Notes under the pieces: model-generated | The model's database searches: none | What the model was told of the DNA's origin: nothing | The model's input: the letters and a program-made list of their open reading frames with translations, nothing else | In this document: positions 28,640 to 39,244 of the stretch, in pieces | How the letters are laid out: each line of letters opens with the position of its first letter | Numbering within the stretch: position 1 is the stretch's first letter | Sequence record: DRR378314_2133 | DNA: 45,449 nucleotides | Strand: one strand, 5' to 3' | Program-made: the position numbers and the translations under genes

Positions 28640-30196
28640 ATGAAAATGTTTAGTGTTACTCGATTGATTTATGCGCTATGCCTATCATTAGTTTGTTTAG
28701 CAATTTTTTTTCAAGGTGAAAGCATATTCCCTGTACGGAATCAAAAACCCAAATTTAAGTCATCGGGCAAGGAATTGGCGGTACGGTTTTGTCAAATGTG
28801 CCATACATTTCCGGAGCCAGGTTTATTGGATAGGAATACTTGGGAGAAGAGTGTTCTGCCCAATATGGGTACGCGCCTGGGTATTAGGACCAATGGAGCT
28901 GATCCTTTTGAAGATCTTGATCCTATAGATGAAAGTATTGTAAGGAATCTAAATATATATCCCGATGCTCCATTAATTCTAAAGGAAGACTGGGACAGGA
29001 TTGTAGATTATTATGTTCAAAACGCCCCGATTAAACTGGAGTCGCAACATTTAACCGTTGGTCGTACCAAAGAAAAGGCCCCTTTTAAATCACAATTTAT
29101 AACCATCGGGGACAACAAGCTTCCAAAAGTGTCATTGCTCAACTTTAATGAAGCATCGTCGGAACTTTATATTGGCGACAACAATAATCTTTACGCCCTT
29201 AAAAATACGGGTGAAATAAGTAATAGTTGGTTATTGAATAGTCCTGCCTCGCACATTGAATTTAACGAAAATTCAGATCCCTTGCTCTTGACCATAGGGC
29301 AATTTAGACCTTCCGATCAGGAGTTGGGAAGGTTGGCCAATTTAAAAATAAGGGAGAATAACCAGAGCGCTACTATAGCTATTTCAAAACTAAGAAGACC
29401 GGTTCACTTTGCTTCGGCCGATCTAAACGGAGATAATAAAAAGGATGTAGTGGTTTGTAGCTTTGGGAATTACGGCGGAAAATTATCGTGGTTCGATAAT
29501 TTTGAACCCTCTAAGGAACATGTATTAAGTAATTTGCCTGGGGCCCGAATGGTAGCGATCAAAGATCTAAATGGGGATCAAAAACCTGATATCGTTGTCT
29601 TGATGGCCCAAGCCTATGAACAAATTTCCATTTATTACAACAAGGGACAGGGAGAATTTGAGGAAAAGAAGGTATTGGAATTCTCCCCGGTCCATGGAGT
29701 GAGTTATTTTGAATTGGCCGATTTTAATAATGACGGATTTCAAGATATTTTGCTTACCAATGGAGACAACTGGGATTATTCCAATGTGGATAAACCTTAC
29801 CAAGGACTTAGAATATATTTGAACGACGGACATAACAATTTTAAAGAGACATTCTTTTATTCCATGTACGGGTGCAGTAAGGCCGTGGCTAGGGATTTTG
29901 ATAATGATGGGGATTTGGACATAGTGGGCGTATCGTTTTATGCCGATCTTAAAGACCCAAGAGAAAGCTTCGTCTATTTATTGAACAACGGAGATATGAA
30001 ATATACCGTATCTTTTCATCCGGACGCCTTATATGGTAAATGGTTAACTATGGAAGTAGCGGATTTTAATGGGGATAGGAGGCCAGATGTAATGCTGGGG
30101 TCCTTTATGTTTAATTTCAATGAAATGGCCAAGGTGGTGGCTTCTACTGGTATATCTTCATTTCCGCAGGTATTATTGTTGACCCAAATTGAGTGA
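28640..30196 (+). CDS. FG-GAP/VCBS-repeat protein with N-terminal c-type heme motif
   Basis: Hydrophobic N-terminus; CQMCH at aa 51-55; repeats DLNGDNKKDV, DLNGDQKPDI, DFNNDGFQDI, DFDNDGDLDI, DFNGDRRPDV. Confidence 0.85.
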   Translation: MKMFSVTRLIYALCLSLVCLAIFFQGESIFPVRNQKPKFKSSGKELAVRFCQMCHTFPEPGLLDRNTWEKSVLPNMGTRLGIRTNGADPFEDLDPIDESIVRNLNIYPDAPLILKEDWDRIVDYYVQNAPIKLESQHLTVGRTKEKAPFKSQFITIGDNKLPKVSLLNFNEASSELYIGDNNNLYALKNTGEISNSWLLNSPASHIEFNENSDPLLLTIGQFRPSDQELGRLANLKIRENNQSATIAISKLRRPVHFASADLNGDNKKDVVVCSFGNYGGKLSWFDNFEPSKEHVLSNLPGARMVAIKDLNGDQKPDIVVLMAQAYEQISIYYNKGQGEFEEKKVLEFSPVHGVSYFELADFNNDGFQDILLTNGDNWDYSNVDKPYQGLRIYLNDGHNNFKETFFYSMYGCSKAVARDFDNDGDLDIVGVSFYADLKDPRESFVYLLNNGDMKYTVSFHPDALYGKWLTMEVADFNGDRRPDVMLGSFMFNFNEMAKVVASTGISSFPQVLLLTQIE

Positions 30197-30269
30197 TATA
30201 ACAAGAGTTGGGACATTTATTTGCTTTAGTTATTATTAATTATTTTTTTTACACTCAAAAATCACCTGA

Positions 30270-31310
30270 ATGAAGTATACCAATCTCCCCCATACCGATA
30301 TTGAAGTAAGTAATATATGTCTTGGTACCATGACCTGGGGCCGACAGAATACAGAAGAAGAAGGTCACGAGCAGATGGACTATGCCCTGGAGCAGGGAAT
30401 TAATTTTTTTGACACGGCAGAATTATATCCCATTCCAGCCACAAAGGAGCGATATGCGGACACCGAAAGAATTATAGGAAATTGGTTTAAAAAGAAAAAG
30501 AACCGCGATAAGATAATTTTGGCATCCAAGATTGCAGGAAAAGCCGAAATGACCAAGTTCATCAGAACCATGGGGATTAATCGCGACACTATTAAATTGG
30601 CCGTTGAGGGAAGCCTCTCCCGTTTGCAAACAGACTATCTGGATCTTTATCAGCTGCACTGGCCAGATCGGACAACCAATTATTTTGGAAAAAGAGGATA
30701 TAAGCACAGTATCAATGACCATTGGGAGGACAATATCCATCAGATATTGGAAGCCTTAAGAGACCTTGTAAGAGAGGGAAAAATTAGACATGTGGGTATT
30801 TCCAATGAAACCCCATGGGGAGCTATGCGGTACTTGGAAGAAAGTAAGGTACATGCCAGTTTGCCTAGAATGATTACCATACAGAATCCATATAGTCTTT
30901 TAAATAGGCTTTTTGAAGTTGGATTGGCAGAAATATCGCATCGTGAGAATTTAGGCTTGTTGGCCTATTCGCCATTGGGCTTTGGAACTTTGAGCGGCAA
31001 GTACCTCGGAGGAAGAAAGCCCGAGAATGCCCGTGTAACCCTTTTTCCAAATTACAATAGATATAGTAGTGATCCGGCCGTCCGGGCTACCGAAAAATAT
31101 TATGACCTGGCTCAGGCAAACGGCTTGTCATTGGCACAAATGGCATTGGCCTTTGTAAATTCGAGACCATTTTTGACTTCCAATATAATTGGTGCTACCA
31201 CAATGGATCAGCTTAAGGAAAATATAGGGAGTATAGAGGTGCAATTAAGCGAGGAAGTACTTAAGGGCATTGAGGCCATACATAATGAAATTCCAAACCC
31301 AGCTCCCTGA
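30270..31310 (+). CDS. Aldo/keto reductase (Tas-like)
   Basis: CLGTMTWG, FDTAELY, DLYQLHWP, IGISNE-like VGISNE, IQNPYSLLNR, AYSPLG, IIGATT. Confidence 0.93.
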   Translation: MKYTNLPHTDIEVSNICLGTMTWGRQNTEEEGHEQMDYALEQGINFFDTAELYPIPATKERYADTERIIGNWFKKKKNRDKIILASKIAGKAEMTKFIRTMGINRDTIKLAVEGSLSRLQTDYLDLYQLHWPDRTTNYFGKRGYKHSINDHWEDNIHQILEALRDLVREGKIRHVGISNETPWGAMRYLEESKVHASLPRMITIQNPYSLLNRLFEVGLAEISHRENLGLLAYSPLGFGTLSGKYLGGRKPENARVTLFPNYNRYSSDPAVRATEKYYDLAQANGLSLAQMALAFVNSRPFLTSNIIGATTMDQLKENIGSIEVQLSEEVLKGIEAIHNEIPNPAP

Positions 31311-31440
31311 GGATATGATAGCGATAAATTTTTTAAAAGTAGGTTTCTGGCAACTAGGCTTAATTGTGGTGGTTGTGGTTCTGATGATGGTTTTGGCAAG
31401 AATGTTCAATTCAAAAAAATAGCGAATACTTAAGCGGGCT

Positions 31441-32802
31441 TTAGGAGAATAGACTATTGGCTACATCTTCGATCTTGGAGGCCAATTGTATTCTAATTTG
31501 GGTGTTTTTTAAGGTGATCTTATTGTTTTTGGAAACATAGATAGTGCTGAAACCCAATTTTTCCGCTTCCAAAATACGCTGATCTATACGTTGTACCGGC
31601 CTTATTTCACCGGCAAGACCTACCTCGGCAGCAAAACACACCCCTTTTTCTATAGGAATGTCCTCGTTACTGGAGAGGATGGCCGCAATAACGGCAAGAT
31701 CAATGGCGGGGTCGTCCACAGAAATACCTCCGGTGATGTTGAGAAAAACATCCTTCGCCGCCAACTTAAATCCGGCCCTTTTTTCCAGAACGGCCAAAAG
31801 CATGTTTAATCGCTTGGCATTGTAACCTGTGGTAGAACGCTGTGGCGTGCCATACACGGCGGTGCTTACCAAGGCTTGTATTTCTATCATCAGTGGGCGC
31901 ATGCCCTCTACGGTAGATGCAATGGATGTACCACTTAACCCTTCATCGTTCTTGGATATTAGGATTTCGGACGGATTGTTGACCTCTCTCAAACCACTTC
32001 CCTGCATCTCATATATTCCCAATTCCGAAGTAGATCCAAAGCGGTTTTTTAAAGATCTTAGGATACGGTATACGTAATTTCTATCGCCCTCAAATTGCAA
32101 TACGGTATCTACCATATGTTCCAATATTTTGGGTCCGGCAATGGTGCCATCTTTTGTGATATGGCCAATGAGGATAACGGGGGTATTGGTTTCCTTGGCA
32201 AATTTGATGAGTTCTGCGGTGCATTCGCGTATTTGGGAAATACTGCCTGCAGTAGACTCAATATAATCTGTATGAAGGGTCTGTATGGAATCTATGACCA
32301 CAATATCGGGCTCTGTAGCTTCTATCTGTTGAAAGATATTCTGTGTTTTGGTCTCGGTAAGGATAAAACAGGTTTCACTATTGGGGTGAATGCGGTCGGC
32401 ACGCATTTTAATTTGTTTTTGGCTCTCCTCTCCGGAAACATATAAGGTTTTGTAAGGGAGTTTTAGGGCTATCTGCAGTAATAAAGTACTTTTACCTACA
32501 CCCGGTTCCCCTCCCAAAAGGGTTAGGGAGCCAGGAACCAATCCACCTCCTAGGACCCTATTGAACTCCAAATCGAAAGTGTTGAGCCTTATTTCCTTGT
32601 CGGTACTAATTTCATTGACCCTTAATGGCTTTGCAATTTTTTTTGAGGGTTGGGTAGTACTTTTCCAGGATACTTTTTCCTCTTTCTGGATTACTTCTTC
32701 CACAACGGTGTTCCATTGCTTGCATGCTCCACATTGTCCTACCCACTTGGCATATTGGGTTCCACAGTTCTGACAAAAAAAAGCGGTCTTTGTTTTGGCC
32801 AT
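31441..32802 (-). CDS. radA: DNA repair protein RadA/Sms
   Basis: CQNCG..CGAC zinc finger, GEPGVGKST, IDSIQT, KNRFG, Lon-like C-domain. Confidence 0.98.
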   Translation of the reverse strand: MAKTKTAFFCQNCGTQYAKWVGQCGACKQWNTVVEEVIQKEEKVSWKSTTQPSKKIAKPLRVNEISTDKEIRLNTFDLEFNRVLGGGLVPGSLTLLGGEPGVGKSTLLLQIALKLPYKTLYVSGEESQKQIKMRADRIHPNSETCFILTETKTQNIFQQIEATEPDIVVIDSIQTLHTDYIESTAGSISQIRECTAELIKFAKETNTPVILIGHITKDGTIAGPKILEHMVDTVLQFEGDRNYVYRILRSLKNRFGSTSELGIYEMQGSGLREVNNPSEILISKNDEGLSGTSIASTVEGMRPLMIEIQALVSTAVYGTPQRSTTGYNAKRLNMLLAVLEKRAGFKLAAKDVFLNITGGISVDDPAIDLAVIAAILSSNEDIPIEKGVCFAAEVGLAGEIRPVQRIDQRILEAEKLGFSTIYVSKNNKITLKNTQIRIQLASKIEDVANSLFS

Positions 32803-33030
32803 TCTTTAAATTATGGTTTGCGCTAAGGTAATAAGAAGTTTGAAAAGGAGGTAGGGTTTTGCACGCTTAGGCTAAAATGATACCAAGTGCATTTAAGTTA
32901 AATAAGTAATAGGAAGAAGTATTCCCCAACAAGAGGGATTGATGGCCATGTGGATAACAACCAATGCAGCACTGCAAGCTTTCAGGCTTGAAGTTCTTTA
33001 TATTATCCAAGCCTTTGTGCAAAAGCCTTT

Positions 33031-34173
33031 TTAGTAACCAAAATCTGCTTTAAGGGCATCAATTTTTTCCAAAGCCATTTCTTTAGTAAGAAAATCAATT
33101 TCTTCCATGCCAAAAGCCTTTTCAAAAGTCCTAAGGGCCTTTTTAGGTTCGCCCAATTGCTCGTAATATTCAGCTTCAAAGTAAAAGCCCAACATGGTAT
33201 TGGGATACTCTTTTTTACAAAGATCTGATAAGGGCTTTAGGGATTCAAAATCCTCCTTTTTTCTGGAGGCGGCATAAATGGCCATAATGTCGTTTAGACT
33301 GGTTGTTTTTCTAAAGCCAAATAGATTTTCTATAGAAGCCTGTTTGTCCGCCAAATAATCAAATACAGGTCCAACCTGGGTTAGAATCTTTTCTTTGTAT
33401 TCTTTTGGACTTATGGGCTTGAACATGCCAAAGATATTGTCGAAAGCTTTTCCAATACCGTAGGTGGCTACTGAAATGTGGTCGGCATTCTCATACTGAT
33501 CAAAGAAATAACGGAGATTATCAGATTCCATACCTTTTAATGTTTGGTTAAGCGCCAATACTCTATTGCTATTTTCACTTTTTTCGCCCTCCAAGATCAA
33601 TTGGTAGAATATTTTCTTTTTCATCACAGATAGTCGAGAAGGCACCCTTGTTTCCATTTCAGGGGCCAAATATGGTGAAATACTTATATAGGCGTTAAAA
33701 AGGGAATCGTCCTTAAAGAGATAAAAATTACCAAAATTAGCAGTGATATCGTATCCCACGAACATTTTAAAGGGAGCCGTACTGAATTTGGTTTCCAAAT
33801 AGGGAATAAGTTCCATTCCCAAAAATTCGAAGAACAGTTTGCCTTTTTCGGTGGGCAGGCCACTATCGGGCTCAAAGCCACAATCCTGATTTCTTAGGTT
33901 ATTTTTGGATTGATTTACGCCTACTACAATAGCTTCGGGCATGCCATGGAAATTACTGTAAAATTTTGCGGTGGCCACCACCTGATCAAATAGGTATTCC
34001 CCATCCAAAACAACAATGATAGGATATTTTTTTTCTGCGGTGTAGGTTTCTGGGAAGTAGTATTGTACATCCCTGCGCTCCTGTAACTTAAAGGATTCAA
34101 ATATTTCTTGGGTTACCTGTGCATTGCTGCCAAAGTAGACGAATAAGGCCAATAGAGTAAAAAAACGTTGCAT
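33031..34173 (-). CDS. Exported alpha/beta-hydrolase (esterase-family fold) with C-terminal TPR
   Basis: Signal peptide from ATG 34173; KYPIIVVLDG, PEAIVVGV, ELIPY, FNAYISISP, ADH; TPR-like tail; atypical GYDIT elbow. Confidence 0.8.
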   Translation of the reverse strand: MQRFFTLLALFVYFGSNAQVTQEIFESFKLQERRDVQYYFPETYTAEKKYPIIVVLDGEYLFDQVVATAKFYSNFHGMPEAIVVGVNQSKNNLRNQDCGFEPDSGLPTEKGKLFFEFLGMELIPYLETKFSTAPFKMFVGYDITANFGNFYLFKDDSLFNAYISISPYLAPEMETRVPSRLSVMKKKIFYQLILEGEKSENSNRVLALNQTLKGMESDNLRYFFDQYENADHISVATYGIGKAFDNIFGMFKPISPKEYKEKILTQVGPVFDYLADKQASIENLFGFRKTTSLNDIMAIYAASRKKEDFESLKPLSDLCKKEYPNTMLGFYFEAEYYEQLGEPKKALRTFEKAFGMEEIDFLTKEMALEKIDALKADFGY

Positions 34174-34198
34174 AGAACAGTATTTGGGCAATAGAAGA

Positions 34199-35164
34199 CT
34201 ATTTGTTTCTGTTCCATAACGGTAAAATCAGAAAAGATATTGCGCCAAAAACTACTATCATTAAAGTTTGTGAAATCCACATAATCCATCCAAAGGCATC
34301 CCCTGAAACCTTACTAATACCAAAAATTGCCAGGGCGCTACTAACGGCAATAGGATAAATGCCTATACCGCCATTGGTAGCGGACATGGCAAATGCACCT
34401 GCTACAAAGGGAACCAGTAGCTGACTTACGCTTAGGTCCACGGTTTCCAGAACCGTATATTTTATTACCCAAAACATAGCTATATAGGCCAGCCAAATGA
34501 ATAAGGTGTGCAAAACAAAACTCCATTTATTCTTCATTCTAAAAATACTGAGGATACCCTCCAAAAGGCCTCGCAAAAATGTTTTTAGTTTTAGGGCAAA
34601 TTTTGAATTTGATTTTTTTACTACGTACATCCCCAGGGATAGGGCCAATAGCCCTGAACCAATTAGTGCTAGCAAGTATATTAGATTAAAACCTTTTTGT
34701 TGAAGAAAACCCCAAATAATATCGGTTTGAAGGAAGAGCGCAATGGCCACAATCAGGAATAGCATTACCAAATCGATGACCCTTTCGGTGACTATGGTTC
34801 CAAATCCTTTTTGGAATGGAACATGCTCGTAGGTGGCCAAGGCCGTGGCCCTCAATATTTCACCGGACCTAGGGATCCCCAGGTTTGTAAAATAGGCCGT
34901 TAATATGATCAATATATTGTTGAATAGTTTTGGCTTATAGCCTAAGGGCTGCAACAGATAATTCCATCTTACAGCTCTGGAAAGGTGTGTAAGGATCCCT
35001 AAAAAAACGGATACCCCGACCCAAAAAAGATCTGCATTTTTTATGTAATGTATTATTTCCGACCTATCCTTTTCAGAGGTGGAATAATAGGAATACCATA
35101 CTAAAAAAACTCCCAGCAGGATGGGGAGAATTGTTTTTAACGTTTTCTTGATGGAAGACTTCAA
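34199..35164 (-). CDS. Lysylphosphatidylglycerol-synthase TM / flippase-like membrane protein
   Basis: Multi-TM; RAVRWNYLL, PRSGEILR, GTIVTERVID, GGIG; TTG start. Confidence 0.85.
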   Translation of the reverse strand: MKSSIKKTLKTILPILLGVFLVWYSYYSTSEKDRSEIIHYIKNADLFWVGVSVFLGILTHLSRAVRWNYLLQPLGYKPKLFNNILIILTAYFTNLGIPRSGEILRATALATYEHVPFQKGFGTIVTERVIDLVMLFLIVAIALFLQTDIIWGFLQQKGFNLIYLLALIGSGLLALSLGMYVVKKSNSKFALKLKTFLRGLLEGILSIFRMKNKWSFVLHTLFIWLAYIAMFWVIKYTVLETVDLSVSQLLVPFVAGAFAMSATNGGIGIYPIAVSSALAIFGISKVSGDAFGWIMWISQTLMIVVFGAISFLILPLWNRNK

Positions 35165-35166
35165 AA

Positions 35167-35517
35167 TTAGGTCAATAGATTGGTTTCCTCATTGGGGAAA
35201 ACCAAGGATGGATTGAATTTTTTGGCCAATTCAATATCCATGGTAGCGTAAGTTATTAGAATTAAAACATCGCCAACAGCTACCTTTCTGGCGGCAGCGC
35301 CATTCAAGGTTACCTCACCACTACCTCTGGTTCCGGGAATAGCATAGGTCTCCAGCCTTTCTCCGTTGTCGTTATTGACAATTTGTACCTTTTCGCCTCT
35401 AATAATATTGGCCGCATCCATTAGATCTTCATCAATGGTAATACTGCCTATATAGTTAAGGTCAGCACCCGTTACTTTCACGCGGTGTATTTTAGATTTT
35501 ACTACTTCTATTTGCAT
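35167..35517 (-). CDS. panD: Aspartate 1-decarboxylase
   Basis: [14 protein letters not shown] (Gly-Ser autocleavage site), GERLETY, LNGAAAR. Confidence 0.98.
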   Translation of the reverse strand: MQIEVVKSKIHRVKVTGADLNYIGSITIDEDLMDAANIIRGEKVQIVNNDNGERLETYAIPGTRGSGEVTLNGAAARKVAVGDVLILITYATMDIELAKKFNPSLVFPNEETNLLT

Positions 35518-35521
35518 GGGA

Positions 35522-35529
35522 CAAAGTTA
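35522..35529 (-). promoter_or_regulatory. -7 promoter element for panD
   Basis: Minus strand reads TAACTTTG-tccc-ATG. Confidence 0.6.
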
Positions 35530-35593
35530 AGCATTTATGCCAATTGGATTTCCAATTTAATTATGGTCGGCATTATGGAATTGGTTTTCAACT

Positions 35594-36436
35594 TTAAAGG
35601 GCAATGTTATCTATAAGCCTAACATCTCCCGCATAAACGGCGATAAAGGCTCTATATTTCACATTTCTGTTTTTTCTTTTAACAGGTTTCAATTGGTCTA
35701 CATCTGCAATTTTAACATATTCCAAGTTTAGTTTTGGATGGGCATTAAATTGCTTTTTTACCCAATCCACTGTAAAATTAGCACTTTTCGTGCCAAATTT
35801 TTGTTTGGCAGCTTTTAAGGTTTTGTATATAAAACCGGCCTCTTGCCTCAATTCTGTGTCCAATCGCTCGTTTCTGGAACTCATGGCCAGTCCGTTGGCT
35901 TCCCTTACTATAGGGCAGCCTATAATTTCTATGGGTAAATTTGTGATTTCTACCAGTTTTTTGATGATTTGCAATTGTTGAAAATCCTTTTCCCCAAAAT
36001 ATGCCCTGGTGGGTGATATTATGCGCAATAGCTTTTCAACAATAGTTCCTACACCGTCAAAATGTCCTTTTCTAAATTCACCTTCCATAACATTCTCCAA
36101 ACCCTCAAAATCGTAAGTTTTAGAGATGATTTCTCCAGAATAAATTTCGGAGGCCGAAGGGGCAAAAACCGTTATCCTCTCGGAAACTCCTTTTAATAGG
36201 GCCAAATCGGCCTCCAAAGTGCTTGGGTACTTGTCCAGATCTTCCTTGTTATTGAATTGGGTAGGGTTAACAAAAATACTAACCAAGGTAAGGTCATTTT
36301 CTTCGACCGACCTTTTAACCAGGGCCATATGTCCCATATGCAATGCTCCCATGGTTGGGACAAAACCAATTGTTTTGGTTTTTTTATGGGAGTCTAGATA
36401 GGACTTAAGTTCCTTTTTAGTGGTAATTAGCTGCAT
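35594..36436 (-). CDS. panC: Pantoate--beta-alanine ligase
   Basis: PTMGALHMGH, SIFVNPTQF, GHFDGV, FGEKDFQQ, GLAMSSRN, RLIDN. Confidence 0.98.
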   Translation of the reverse strand: MQLITTKKELKSYLDSHKKTKTIGFVPTMGALHMGHMALVKRSVEENDLTLVSIFVNPTQFNNKEDLDKYPSTLEADLALLKGVSERITVFAPSASEIYSGEIISKTYDFEGLENVMEGEFRKGHFDGVGTIVEKLLRIISPTRAYFGEKDFQQLQIIKKLVEITNLPIEIIGCPIVREANGLAMSSRNERLDTELRQEAGFIYKTLKAAKQKFGTKSANFTVDWVKKQFNAHPKLNLEYVKIADVDQLKPVKRKNRNVKYRAFIAVYAGDVRLIDNIAL

Positions 36437-36456
36437 TCGTTTTACTTAAAAGAGAG

Positions 36457-36503
36457 CAAACTTACTATAATTACTGCTAATCTGCATAATTTTTGTAATT
36501 TTG
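36457..36503. promoter_or_regulatory. Back-to-back -7 elements for panC (minus) and the glycogen-synthase-like gene (plus)
   Basis: TAAGTTTG on minus strand at 36457-36464; TAATTTTG on plus strand at 36496-36503. Confidence 0.6.
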
Positions 36504-36539
36504 CACTTTCTCTTACTCTATTAATAAAATATTGCTTTT

Positions 36540-37349
36540 ATGAATGGCAAAAAGATATTGTTTGTATCTTCAGAATTAGTACCCTATCTTCCAGAGAACG
36601 AAGTTTCCTTAATGTCTTACGAAACCCCAAGAATGGTCAATAGCAATGGTGGCCAGATAAGGATTTTTATGCCAAGGTTTGGGAATATCAATGAACGTAG
36701 ACATCAATTGCACGAGGTAATTAGATTATCCGGAATGAATTTGGTGATTAATGATATGGATATGCCATTGATCATAAAAGTGGCCTCTATCCCTAGAGAG
36801 CGTATTCAGGTTTATTTCATTGATAATGATGAATACTTTAAAAGAAAGGCAACTTTTACCGATGAGGATGGGAAATTATTTCCAGATAATGACGAAAGGG
36901 CTATTTTCTTTGCCAAAGGTGTGGTGGAAACGGTCAAGAAATTGAATTGGTCTCCGGATATTATTCATGTTCATGGATGGATGGCATCTTTGTTGCCACT
37001 ATATCTGAAAAAATTCTATGCCGACGAGCCTTTGTTTTCCGAAAGCAAGATCATCATGTCTGTTTATGGGCAAGGTTTTGATGGTACATTGGATAAAGAC
37101 CTCATTAAAAAGATTGCCTTCGACGGTGTTCCTGAAGAAAGTATAAAAGCGCTTGAGGAGCCCAATTATAATAATTTGTTAAAAGTTGCTGTGGATTATG
37201 CCGATGCTGTTATTTTAGCCGCAGAGAATATTCCGGCCGACTTGGAAGACTACATATCCAAGCTCGAAAAACCTGTTTTGCCATTTGTTCCTTTACAGGA
37301 GTTTGAGGAAGCTTACGTGAATTTTTATAACACCAAAGTTTTAAAATAA
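36540..37349 (+). CDS. Glycogen/starch synthase N-terminal-domain-only protein (Glyco_transf_5-like)
   Basis: KILFVSSE..P, RIFMPRFG, DNDERAIFF, PDIIHVHGW; only 269 aa. Confidence 0.82.
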   Translation: MNGKKILFVSSELVPYLPENEVSLMSYETPRMVNSNGGQIRIFMPRFGNINERRHQLHEVIRLSGMNLVINDMDMPLIIKVASIPRERIQVYFIDNDEYFKRKATFTDEDGKLFPDNDERAIFFAKGVVETVKKLNWSPDIIHVHGWMASLLPLYLKKFYADEPLFSESKIIMSVYGQGFDGTLDKDLIKKIAFDGVPEESIKALEEPNYNNLLKVAVDYADAVILAAENIPADLEDYISKLEKPVLPFVPLQEFEEAYVNFYNTKVLK

Positions 37350-37354
37350 TCTAA

Positions 37355-39193
37355 ATGAATTTACTGAACAGATTAAAATTGCCTACAATGGTGGGTATAT
37401 TGCTTGTTGTGGTCTTGGGGTCCTGTGAGGAGGACTTGACTACCGTAGGTAGTGGTGTAGTAGGTGGTGAACCATTTACGGCCGGCAAGGCAGTTTACGA
37501 TGTTTTTGCCTACAATAAAAAGATAGAGGCGGTAAGGACCAATAAATTACCGGCTTATCAATTAGGGAATTATACAGACCCAATATATGGAAAGACCGAG
37601 GCCAGTATAACCACTCAGGTACAGTTGTCCTTTGCCAATCCCAGTTTTGGAAATTATTCGGCAGCGGTGGAAGAAACTGCCGATACAGATTCCAGTACCC
37701 TTACCATAAAAGAAAATGAGACGGTGGAAGAGGTTATTCTTTTCATACCTTTTTTGACAAATCCAAAGGGAGACCTTGACCTTGATGGTGTGGCCGATGC
37801 CTATGATGCCGACCCAGAGGATCCCAATAGTGATAGTGATGGGGATACCTTAACAGATATCCAGGAAAAATCGCTTGGGACGGATCCCTTAAACCAGGAT
37901 ACGGACGGCGATGGCATCAATGACAATTTGGACGACGATACCGCAGTGAACAGATTCCCTGTAAAATATGACTTGGATAGTATTTTTGATGCCAACGGAA
38001 ATATTCCGGAATCATTTAATTTTAAAGTTGAAAGATCTACCTATTTCTTGAGGGATTTGGATCCCAACACCAATTTTCAGGAAGCGCAACAATATTATTC
38101 ATCACAACAGTTTTCGCCCACCTTTGTATCCGACCTTTTGTTCGATGGTACTGTGGAGGTTAAGAATGTAGAAGAATTGATCTTTCAGGAAGACGATCCC
38201 GAAACCGAGGATGTAGATGAATCCGAGGAAGCACCCACCAGGATTGCCCCTGGAATTCGGGTAGCTTTAAATCCGGCATTTTTTCAACAAAATATATTGG
38301 ATAAGGAAGGTGATTCCGAGTTATTGAGCCAGGCGAATTTTTCAGAATTTTTCAGAGGTGTCCATTTATCGGTTCCTGATGATGTTTTGGTGTTGTTGGA
38401 TATAACACGGGGAAATATTACCATAAAATATAAATATGATAGTGTAACCAGTTCTGCAGATGATACTATTATTGAGAACGAGCAGGAATTTGTTCTAAAT
38501 TTCATTAGGCGCGATACTAGTACTGGAGCAGTAATAGGGAATGCTGTAAATACCTTCATTAATGAGGCCTATCCTGCTGAAATTACAAGTGGACTGGACA
38601 ATGGGGAAAATGCTTCTAAGATCTACCTAAAAGGTGGGGCGGGAAGCTTTGCCCAAATTAAACTTTTCGACGAAATAAATGGAGACGAGATCATCAATGA
38701 GATCAAATCCAAGAATTGGATCATAAATGAAGCAAATTTGGTGTTTCACGTAGATCGAAATACTTTGGACGCCGCCGGTAGTGTTATTGAACCTTCAAAG
38801 TTGTATTTGTTCAAGGACAATACCAATGGACCAGTCTATAATCAATTTTTGGAATCTGAAGAGGATTACAACGCTGGCAATTTTACGAATTATGATGGAG
38901 GTCTAAACAGGGTAAGCGGTAAAGGACAGACATATAAAATAAAGATTACCAATTATATCAACGACCTAATAGTGCGGGATTCTACCAATACCACACTTAA
39001 TTTGACATTGACCTCGGACATAAGGATTTCAACCACCGGAAAGGCCATGCTTGCCAATAATACGGAGGGACAGGTACCTGTAATGTCTTCTATTAACCCA
39101 TTTGGGACAGTCCTTTATGGTAGTGATAACTTACCCAGTGGGCAGGAGGGGAAAAAATTAAAACTCGAAATTTTCTATACCCGGGCAAATTAA
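37355..39193 (+). CDS. DUF4270-family lipoprotein with Asp-rich Ca-binding-like insert
   Basis: Lipobox [51 protein letters not shown]; DxDxDG repeats. Confidence 0.8.
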   Translation: MNLLNRLKLPTMVGILLVVVLGSCEEDLTTVGSGVVGGEPFTAGKAVYDVFAYNKKIEAVRTNKLPAYQLGNYTDPIYGKTEASITTQVQLSFANPSFGNYSAAVEETADTDSSTLTIKENETVEEVILFIPFLTNPKGDLDLDGVADAYDADPEDPNSDSDGDTLTDIQEKSLGTDPLNQDTDGDGINDNLDDDTAVNRFPVKYDLDSIFDANGNIPESFNFKVERSTYFLRDLDPNTNFQEAQQYYSSQQFSPTFVSDLLFDGTVEVKNVEELIFQEDDPETEDVDESEEAPTRIAPGIRVALNPAFFQQNILDKEGDSELLSQANFSEFFRGVHLSVPDDVLVLLDITRGNITIKYKYDSVTSSADDTIIENEQEFVLNFIRRDTSTGAVIGNAVNTFINEAYPAEITSGLDNGENASKIYLKGGAGSFAQIKLFDEINGDEIINEIKSKNWIINEANLVFHVDRNTLDAAGSVIEPSKLYLFKDNTNGPVYNQFLESEEDYNAGNFTNYDGGLNRVSGKGQTYKIKITNYINDLIVRDSTNTTLNLTLTSDIRISTTGKAMLANNTEGQVPVMSSINPFGTVLYGSDNLPSGQEGKKLKLEIFYTRAN

Positions 39194-39244
39194 AAGCCAG
39201 AAAAATACCACTTATAGTATTTTTACGTTAATTAACTAAAAGAT

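Noticed and set aside
32803-33030. Replication origin
   Set aside because: Only one perfect DnaA box, no box cluster and no obvious unwinding repeats
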